Assembly (NCBI GenBank): GCA_040218735.1
Contig: JAVJQW010000018.1
Location: 256,001 to 320,000, forward strand
Length of the DNA: 64,000 nucleotides
Source: Deltaproteobacteria bacterium
GTDB lineage: Bacteria; Myxococcota; Kuafuiibacteriia; Kuafuiibacteriales; Kuafuiibacteriaceae
Direction: 5' to 3'
Position 1 is the stretch's first letter; every line of letters begins with the position of its first letter. Below, one piece after another: positions 51,820-58,684 of the stretch. The notes below the pieces were generated by a model. The model saw only the letters and a list, made by a program, of their open reading frames with translations, ran no database searches and was not told the origin of the DNA. The position numbers and the translations under genes are program-made.

Positions 51820-52469
51820 GGGTGGTGGCCTTCGTGTCCGGCTTCGACGTCGCGGGGCATGTCGATCTCGAGCGCCGCCCAGGTCTTCGCGCCCGCGTTG
51901 CCGCCGTGGCGCGGGTGACCGAGGTAGCCCTCCAGGCTCAGGCGCAGGAGTGTCTCGAGCGCGCCGCGCGGATCGAAGGTTCGTCGTTTGTCGCCGCCGG
52001 CACGGACGTCGTCGATGACGGCGCGGCGCGTGGCGTCGTCGAGCTCGTCGAAGCGGACGCCGCGGTGGCGCTGCGCGACGATGTCGATGTGGCGGGTGAG
52101 CTTGAGGAGGTCGTTGCGCACCGGGAGCATCCCGGGGAGCGCGCTGGCGCGGACGAGGAACTCGACGACGCCCGCCTCGACGGCGCTGGGTAACCCGAGT
52201 GTTTCGTCGCCGGGGATCAGGATGCCGACCACCGTGCCGAGGATCTTCAGCGCCACGGGATCGAACGGTGTGAACGCGAGCGGGCCGACAGGCGCGCGCT
52301 GCTCACCCTGGGGAGGCGCCGGGTGCGGGTCCACGTCGTACCCGCGTTCCCGCAGCCAGGCCCAGGTTCCGGCGCCGAGGGCGACCGTACCGACCCCGGC
52401 CACGACGAACGTACGACGCTTGATCGCCACCGCGTCGGCACACTGGGGACGATTCTGGACTGGGGTCAA
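51816..52469 (-). CDS. Gluconate 2-dehydrogenase subunit 3 family protein (Tat-exported)
   Basis: KRRTFV twin-Arg, LIPGD, PSAVEAGV, EGYLGHPRHGGN; coupled to the GMC gene. Confidence 0.8.
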   Translation of the reverse strand: MTPVQNRPQCADAVAIKRRTFVVAGVGTVALGAGTWAWLRERGYDVDPHPAPPQGEQRAPVGPLAFTPFDPVALKILGTVVGILIPGDETLGLPSAVEAGVVEFLVRASALPGMLPVRNDLLKLTRHIDIVAQRHRGVRFDELDDATRRAVIDDVRAGGDKRRTFDPRGALETLLRLSLEGYLGHPRHGGNAGAKTWAALEIDMPRDVEAGHEGHHP

Positions 52470-52532
52470 GGGTGGGGGCCGGGGACCTCGCCTTGCGACC
52501 GTCTCGGGACGGGTGCTAGCTTTCGCAGGCCA

Positions 52533-53183
52533 ATGTGGGAGGTCTTCAACACCCTATCTCAGGGCGGGTTCATGATGTTCGTGAACCTGGGCGTCTCCAT
52601 CGCCGCCGTCGCCATCGTCCTCATGCGGGTCTACTACCTCTGGTTCAAACACCGGATGTCCGCATCGGCGTTCGCCGACAACATCGTGGCGAATGTGGAC
52701 CAAGGGAACTACGCCAACGCGATCCAGACGTGCGCGCAGCGGTCTTCACATCCGCTCGCGTCCATCACCAAGGACGTCCTGATGAAGGCGGATCGCTCCG
52801 ACAAGGAGATCGAGCGCGCCTACGAGGCGGCCGCGGCGCGGGAGCTGCCGCGGTTCAAGCGCTTCACGGCGTTCCTCCCGCAGGCCGGTAACCTCGGGAC
52901 GCTGATCGGACTGCTCGGTACGATTCACGGCCTCATCGAGGCGTTCGGTGGTGCGCAGGCGGAGGACGCCGCCGAGCGTCAGGCCGTCCTCGCGAAGGGC
53001 ATCACCGTGGCGTTCTACAACACGTTCTTCGGTCTCGCGATCGCCGTGTTCTGCGCCATCACGTACATCATCGTCAACGGCCGTCAGTCCCTCCTCCTCG
53101 AGGCGATGGAGGTCGCGCTCAACCGCGTCCGCGATCGCATCATGGAGCGCAACAAGGCCATGCGCGCGGCGCGCGCGGGCTGA
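52533..53183 (+). CDS. MotA/TolQ/ExbB proton channel (AglR-like)
   Basis: GGFMMF, NLGTLIGLLGTIHGLI.AF, LAKGITVAFYNTFFGL. Confidence 0.92.
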   Translation: MWEVFNTLSQGGFMMFVNLGVSIAAVAIVLMRVYYLWFKHRMSASAFADNIVANVDQGNYANAIQTCAQRSSHPLASITKDVLMKADRSDKEIERAYEAAAARELPRFKRFTAFLPQAGNLGTLIGLLGTIHGLIEAFGGAQAEDAAERQAVLAKGITVAFYNTFFGLAIAVFCAITYIIVNGRQSLLLEAMEVALNRVRDRIMERNKAMRAARAG

Positions 53184-53195
53184 GGGGACCTCTAG

Positions 53196-53711
53196 ATGGC
53201 CGGCGGTGGAGGCGATGCCGCAACCGACTTCGATCTCACGGCCCTCATGGACGTGTTGTCGAACATCATCTTCTTCCTGATGGCGTCGTTCGGGGCCGCG
53301 GTCGTCGCGGTGCTCCCCGCGAGTGTGCCGACGATCTCCGACTCCGGTGAAAACGACGTCGCGCGCGACATGGACAAGGTGACCGTCACGATGACGATCG
53401 CCTCGAACGGGAAGGTCGAGATCTCCGCGGCCAACGCCGACATGCTCCCCGAAGAGCTGAAGCCCTACGCGGCGGTCATCCCGTCGAAGGAGGATCGGCT
53501 CGACGAGAAGCGCATCAACGATCACCTCTGGTCGATCAAAGAGAAGTTCCGCAACTCGAAGAACATCATCCTCGTCCCGGACGACAAGGTGACCTACGAG
53601 ATGCTCGTGGACGCGATGGACGCGTCGCGCGAGCGCCACATGGTCGTGGATGGCCAGTCCGTCTACCCGCAGATGTTCCCCGCCGTCGTGGTGTCGTCGT
53701 TGGTCAAATGA
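53196..53711 (+). CDS. ExbD/TolR family protein (AglQ-like)
   Basis: DLTALMDVLSNIIFFL TM with conserved Asp; ILVPDDKVTYEMLVDAMDASRE; MFPAVVVS. Confidence 0.9.
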   Translation: MAGGGGDAATDFDLTALMDVLSNIIFFLMASFGAAVVAVLPASVPTISDSGENDVARDMDKVTVTMTIASNGKVEISAANADMLPEELKPYAAVIPSKEDRLDEKRINDHLWSIKEKFRNSKNIILVPDDKVTYEMLVDAMDASRERHMVVDGQSVYPQMFPAVVVSSLVK

Positions 53712-54214
53712 GCTTCGGTCACCACAAGAAACACGGACCGTTCACCGATCCCGAGGGGGATGCGCCGCCGACGCGCATCAACCTGACGGCGCTGATGGAC
53801 ATCCTCTCGAACATCATCTTCTTCCTGATGGCGTCGTTCGGTGCGCAGACGCTGGAGCTGACGTCGGCGAGCAAGGTCTCGCTGCCGTCCTCGACCTCCG
53901 AGCTGTCGCTGAAGATGTCGCTGTCGGTTGCGGTCGGGATGGAGGAGCTGTTCGTCGAGGACGAGCCGATCGGTCGCCTGAAGGACGGCAAGCTCCTCGA
54001 CCTCGACGAGAGCCGGTTCCACCCGCGCCTCGAAGACACGCTCCGGCGGGTCCGCGCGCAGCGGCTCGCGAAGAACGAACGCCCCAAGGAAGAGGACGAG
54101 GTCGTGCTCTTCATCGCCGACAAACGCCTCGAGTACTCGACGATCGATCGGGTCATGAAGACCTGCGCACGCGCGGGCTTCACCAAGTTCCGCTTCGCCG
54201 TTGCCAAGAAGTGA
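53708..54214 (+). CDS. ExbD/TolR family protein (AglS-like)
   Basis: INLTALMDILSNIIFFL; FIADKRLEYSTIDRVMKTCARAGF. Confidence 0.9.
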   Translation: MSFGHHKKHGPFTDPEGDAPPTRINLTALMDILSNIIFFLMASFGAQTLELTSASKVSLPSSTSELSLKMSLSVAVGMEELFVEDEPIGRLKDGKLLDLDESRFHPRLEDTLRRVRAQRLAKNERPKEEDEVVLFIADKRLEYSTIDRVMKTCARAGFTKFRFAVAKK

Positions 54215-55503
54215 AACGCGCGCTCCTGCTCCTCGGCGTGGTCCTGTTGGCCGTCGTCGCGTGGGCGCTGTGGCCCGGCGCGTCGACGTGTGACGAGCCG
54301 CCGCTCCCCTCGACGGCGGCGGAGCTGTTCGACCTCGACGTGCTGCGCGACCCGAGCACGCTCGGGTTCCAAGTGCTCGCCACGGATCGGCTGGAGGTCG
54401 GAGGGGAGCGCGTCGTCGTTCGCCGCGTGCGGTTCACGAGCTTCGACTGGATCGGCTGTCGGTTGGCACCGGTGGAGGTCGAGGGCTACCTCGCGCTCCC
54501 GTCGAGCGCGATGGGGACGCGGTCGGGGCGGCTGCCGGGGCTGGTCCGGATGCACGGCCTCCGGCCGCTCGAGGAGAAGGCGAGCGCGGCGGCGTGGGCG
54601 GCCGAGGGCTTCGCGGCGCTCGCGAGCTTCACGCCGAACGCGGGGCCCGACGACACGTTCACCAGATCGCCGCGCGACGGGTTCTTCTTTTCGCACACCG
54701 TCGCCGCGATTCGCGGGTTGACGGTGCTCGCCGCGCAGCCCGAGGTCGACACGACGAAGCTCGCGCTCCACGGGCTCTCGGCGGGGGGGATCGTCAACAC
54801 GTTGGTCGGCGCGGTGGATGACCGGGTGAAGGCGACGACCGCGTGGTTCTCGGCCGGCCACGGGGCGTTGGGTGCAGCGGCGAAGCCGAACCCGGCGTGG
54901 ACGGCGAGTGTGCTCGCGTCGATGACGCCGCCGCGCGACTTCGACGCGCCCGAGTGGTCGACGCACCTCGCGTGGTACGACCCGGCGCGCCACATCCGGG
55001 CCGGGCATCCGGCGACGCTGTTGATCGAAGGCGCGCAGGATCCGTTCTTCCCGCTCGACATGACCGTCGCGACGGTCCGCGACCTGGAGCGCGCAAACGT
55101 CCCTCACCGACTCGACGTGATCGACGGCTTCGGCCATCAGCCGCGCACCGACGTCGACGCCGAAGTGATCGTTGCGCAGATGCGATCGACGTCCGCGTGG
55201 TGGTTACGGCGGCGACTGTTCGCGCCGGAGCGTGTGTTGCCGTCGGTGACCGCGACGATCGCCGACGGTCGTCTCGTCGTCGACGCGCCGGGCGCGACTT
55301 CGCTCGTGCTGTACGCGAGCGACGACGCCGCGAAGTCGTTTCGGGCGACGAAGGTCGAGGCGACGATGGCGGCGCCGACGGGGGTTTGGTTCGTCCGTGC
55401 GCGCTTCGAAGAGGGCGGGCGCGTGGTGTATCTCACGTCGGTGCCGGTGCTGCCGCCGGGCTTCTCGCCGTTCGTTCCCGAAGTGACCTCCCGCACGCCC
55501 TGA
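54211..55503 (+). CDS. Secreted alpha/beta hydrolase (acetylxylan-esterase/peptidase-like)
   Basis: Signal/TM, EGYLALP, MHG, PEVDTTKLALHGLSAGG (GxSxG), QDPFF, GFGH; GTGA overlap with exbD. Confidence 0.8.
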   Translation: MKRALLLLGVVLLAVVAWALWPGASTCDEPPLPSTAAELFDLDVLRDPSTLGFQVLATDRLEVGGERVVVRRVRFTSFDWIGCRLAPVEVEGYLALPSSAMGTRSGRLPGLVRMHGLRPLEEKASAAAWAAEGFAALASFTPNAGPDDTFTRSPRDGFFFSHTVAAIRGLTVLAAQPEVDTTKLALHGLSAGGIVNTLVGAVDDRVKATTAWFSAGHGALGAAAKPNPAWTASVLASMTPPRDFDAPEWSTHLAWYDPARHIRAGHPATLLIEGAQDPFFPLDMTVATVRDLERANVPHRLDVIDGFGHQPRTDVDAEVIVAQMRSTSAWWLRRRLFAPERVLPSVTATIADGRLVVDAPGATSLVLYASDDAAKSFRATKVEATMAAPTGVWFVRARFEEGGRVVYLTSVPVLPPGFSPFVPEVTSRTP

Positions 55504-55547
55504 AGGCCGAATTCGGGCTCGAATCGAGTCAAACGCGCGGTTTTCGG

Positions 55548-55556
55548 TGGTATCAT
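55548..55556 (+). promoter_or_regulatory. Extended -10 promoter, probably leaderless, for the arginase operon
   Basis: TGgTATCAT 7 nt upstream of the GTG start at 55564; no SD. Confidence 0.5.
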
Positions 55557-55563
55557 TCTTTAC

Positions 55564-56790
55564 GTGCGGTTCGTCTACAACGGGACCTGCGAGATCGCTC
55601 CGGGCCCCGCTGACCGCTACCTCGTTCGCTCCGCGGAGCTCGGTCGCGAGCTGGAAGCAACGGGGTACCAAGTCGGGTTGCTGCGTGCGTTCGAGAACCC
55701 CGCGGCGATCGACGACGTGCTGAAGAAGTTCCCGTTCTCGCGTGAGGCTTCGTCGGCGTTCCTCACCGAGGCGGTGGACGCGGGCTTCCTCCTTTCGGTC
55801 GACGAAGAGGGCCGAACGCTCCTCCCGCAGACGCGGCGCGCGACGCCGACGATCTTCGGTGCGCCGCCGCACGACCCCACGAACCCCGCGGCGTTCACGG
55901 TGTTGGGGATCCCGTTCGACGGCAACACGACGGGCTTCGCGGGGGCGCGCTTCGGTCCGTCGGCGATCCGTGCGGCCGCGGAGACGTGTCGTTACACGCT
56001 GGACCCGCTGACGCTCGCGCCGATGGGGTTCGAGGATCTGGGGAGCGGTCGACGGCTGCTTCAGGGCGTGACACTCGCGGACGGCGGCGACGTCATGGTG
56101 ACCGCCGGGGAGCCGGCGGACGACCTGTACGATCGCATCACGCGGGCAGTGCGCGATCTGCTGAAGGCCGGGACGATTCCGGTCGTCGTGGGCGGCGACC
56201 ACTCGATCACCTATCCGGTGCTGCGTGCGTTCTCGGAGGACAGCCTCCGGATCATCCACTTCGACGCGCACACGGATCTCGGCGACATCCCCACGACGGG
56301 CCTGCACCACGGCAACGTGTTTTCGTTCGTGCTCGATCGGATCGAGACGGTGGTGCACATCCACCAGATCGGCCTGCGCGGCATCATGGGCGCGGGCGCG
56401 GTGGAGGACATCGAGCGGACGGATCGCATCGGTGTGGATCGGATGCGCGCGTTGTTCGATCGGTTGCCGTCGATGATCCCGGACGACGGGCCTTGTTACC
56501 TGTCGATCGACATCGACGTAGTCGACCCGTCGTTTGCCCCGTCGACCGGTACGCCGGTCGCCGGCGGTTTGTTCCCGCACGAGCTGAAGACACTCGTGCA
56601 CGCGATCTGTTCGACCCACGAGGTCGTCGGAATGGACCTCGTCGAGGTCGGTCATGCGGATGCGCCGGACGATGGTACGGCGCACGTCGCGCTGGAGACG
56701 ATCCTCACCGCGTGTGATGGGATCGTCCGTTCGATGCAGATGGCGCTCGAGGATGAGCGTTCATCCAACCAGGAGGAGGAATCGAGATGA
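55564..56790 (+). CDS. Arginase/agmatinase (ureohydrolase) family enzyme with an N-terminal RRE/PqqD-like extension
   Basis: GIPFD..GARFGPSAIR, GGDHS, HFDAHTD, HHGN, SIDIDVVDP, TGTPVAGG, DLVEV; about 85 extra N-terminal aa ending FLTEAVDAGFL. Confidence 0.9.
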   Translation: MRFVYNGTCEIAPGPADRYLVRSAELGRELEATGYQVGLLRAFENPAAIDDVLKKFPFSREASSAFLTEAVDAGFLLSVDEEGRTLLPQTRRATPTIFGAPPHDPTNPAAFTVLGIPFDGNTTGFAGARFGPSAIRAAAETCRYTLDPLTLAPMGFEDLGSGRRLLQGVTLADGGDVMVTAGEPADDLYDRITRAVRDLLKAGTIPVVVGGDHSITYPVLRAFSEDSLRIIHFDAHTDLGDIPTTGLHHGNVFSFVLDRIETVVHIHQIGLRGIMGAGAVEDIERTDRIGVDRMRALFDRLPSMIPDDGPCYLSIDIDVVDPSFAPSTGTPVAGGLFPHELKTLVHAICSTHEVVGMDLVEVGHADAPDDGTAHVALETILTACDGIVRSMQMALEDERSSNQEEESR

Positions 56791-57317
56791 GTGAAGACAA
56801 CACGAACAACGCGCTGGGCATGCCGGTCGCGGTCGCGAAGCAGCAGCTGCGCGACGATCCCCACACGCACGAGATCGCCAAGGGTCTCGGTGTCGATGTG
56901 GAGGAGTACATCGACCAGGTCATCTACTTCGCCCAGAACCCGAACGTGGACCCCGAGATGCACGTGCTCCCCGACGAGGAGCTCGCGGAAGCCGGCGCGA
57001 ACGTCGCGACGGAGGGTGAGGTGCTCGGGTGGTTCAAGGGCGTCGCGTCGGGCGAGATCGACATCACCGAGCCGCACAAGAAGGAGCGCAAGACCGAGTA
57101 CACGAAGCAGAAGCTCGACTCGGAAACGATGCGCGCCGCGGCCGGCTTCCACGTGGAGAAGGCCGCCCCGCAGCAGGCGGCGCCGCGGGGTGAGATTCGC
57201 GCGAGCGGTCGCGGCGGCGCGGCGCTGCGCGAGCAGCTGCTCCAGCAGCAGCGCAACACCCAGATGATGCGCGACCGTCGCTCCGGCCGACAGCCGGCGG
57301 CGAAGAAGGAAGCCTGA
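56787..57317 (+). CDS. Hypothetical protein (acidic N-half, Arg/Gln-rich C-tail)
   Basis: Strong [16 protein letters not shown] overlap with the arginase, typical codon usage. Confidence 0.8.
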   Translation: MSEDNTNNALGMPVAVAKQQLRDDPHTHEIAKGLGVDVEEYIDQVIYFAQNPNVDPEMHVLPDEELAEAGANVATEGEVLGWFKGVASGEIDITEPHKKERKTEYTKQKLDSETMRAAAGFHVEKAAPQQAAPRGEIRASGRGGAALREQLLQQQRNTQMMRDRRSGRQPAAKKEA

Positions 57318-57321
57318 GGAC

Positions 57322-58086
57322 GTGTTCGGGGTCGGCGACATCCCGGCCGAGGCGTTCTTCGCAGAGTATTGGCGGCAGCGCCCCGTCCTCGTGAAGGGGG
57401 CGGCGCGCTCGCTCGCCGACGTGTCCGTCGACGCTGCGGAGCTGCGGATCCTCTGCGACCGCCTCGAGCGCGCGCGCCCGGGGATCGTGCGGAGGCGAGG
57501 GCGTTCGTTGTTCGGGCAGTACCTGGACCTCGGCTCGCCCGAGCTCGCGCGGATTTCGGACCGCTACAAGACCATCACTGCGTGCACACGGGTGTGGTTC
57601 GACGGCGTCATCGCGAGTGAGGGGGAGGGCCTCGGCGCTCACTACGATCACAGCGACAACTTCGTGATGCAGCAGGAGGGCGTGAAGCGCTGGCGCCTCG
57701 GACCTCCGGATCGCATCCCGCAAGATGACTTGCACCGAAGGATGCTCGACGACCCGGAGGCGGGCGGCTACGACATGCCAGCCGACGCGCAGGAGTTCAT
57801 CCTGGAGCCCGGCGACGTCCTCTACATCCCGCTGTTCTGGGGGCACGACGGTGTGTCCGTCGACGGCCCGTCCACCTCGCTGTCGCTCGTGCTCAACGCC
57901 GACACGCCGCTGGACGTGTTGCTCCCGGCCATGCGGGACGCGCTGAAGGACGACGAGGACTGGTGGCGCCCGCTGCCGGCGCGCATGGACGCCGCGATGG
58001 AGGCGCGCCTCGGTCGGCTCGCGGAGAGCCTCGGGCCGAACCGGGAGCAGCTCCTCAGGGCGTGGCGCGCTCGCCTGGGTGGGTAG
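57322..58086 (+). CDS. JmjC/cupin-4 2OG-Fe(II) oxygenase (YcfD/RoxA-like)
   Basis: FFAEYWRQRPVLVKG, GAHYDHSDNFVMQQEGVKRWRLG (HxD), LEPGDVLYIPLFWGH. Confidence 0.9.
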   Translation: MFGVGDIPAEAFFAEYWRQRPVLVKGAARSLADVSVDAAELRILCDRLERARPGIVRRRGRSLFGQYLDLGSPELARISDRYKTITACTRVWFDGVIASEGEGLGAHYDHSDNFVMQQEGVKRWRLGPPDRIPQDDLHRRMLDDPEAGGYDMPADAQEFILEPGDVLYIPLFWGHDGVSVDGPSTSLSLVLNADTPLDVLLPAMRDALKDDEDWWRPLPARMDAAMEARLGRLAESLGPNREQLLRAWRARLGG

Positions 58087-58115
58087 ACGCGCCGGCTCGC
58101 ACCACACGTTGAAGC

Positions 58116-58135
58116 CGAGCCCGTCGCCGGGCTCG
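58116..58135. terminator. Hairpin between convergent genes (possible bidirectional terminator)
   Basis: CGAGCCCG-TCGC-CGGGCTCG 8-bp perfect stem; no clear U-tract. Confidence 0.5.
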
Positions 58136-58152
58136 ACTCCACCGTGTACTGA

Positions 58153-58554
58153 CTACTGGCGGAAGAACGACCGCGCGTGTTGCTGCGCGACGATGTTCAA
58201 CAAGTTCTGCGCGCCGAGGGGGTTCTGCATCCCCGCCGACCCGGCGAACACGTTGACGAGCTGCGAGAGCCCCGCCGAGCCGCCGGCCATCTGCGCGAGC
58301 GCGCCGATACCTCCCAGCGGCCCCATGGCCAGCAGCGACAGCGGGTTGTTCAAGAACTGACCCGCGAACTGCTTGATGACGTTGCCGAAGGGCAACTTGT
58401 CGAGCACCGGACCGACGAATTCGAGCGCCTTGTTGGCGAGCGTAGACAGCGGTTTGGTGACGACACCGATCGCATCCTTTGCGAAGTTGGTGACGCGGCG
58501 AACGACCCGGCTGACCCGCCGGAACGCTCGGCCGATACGACGACCTAGACCCAT
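58153..58554 (-). CDS. Small protein with Arg-rich amphipathic N-terminus and Gly/Ala/Leu-rich helical body
   Basis: GGAGG RBS upstream of the ATG; MGLGRRIGRAFRRVSRVVRRVTNF... Confidence 0.8.
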   Translation of the reverse strand: MGLGRRIGRAFRRVSRVVRRVTNFAKDAIGVVTKPLSTLANKALEFVGPVLDKLPFGNVIKQFAGQFLNNPLSLLAMGPLGGIGALAQMAGGSAGLSQLVNVFAGSAGMQNPLGAQNLLNIVAQQHARSFFRQ

Positions 58555-58625
58555 ATCCTAATGAACCTCCAGTCCGTGTATCGGCTGACAACCACTGAAC
58601 GGTGCGTCTAAAAAGAGCCTAAAGT

Positions 58626-58649
58626 CCCTGAATTAGTGGGATTTCAGGG
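58626..58649. promoter_or_regulatory. Palindromic candidate operator between the small gene and the P450
   Basis: CCCTGAA-N10-TTCAGGG in an AT-richer divergent intergenic region. Confidence 0.4.
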
Positions 58650-58684
58650 TTGGATGTCGTACATGTGTGACTGACGGGGAGGCG

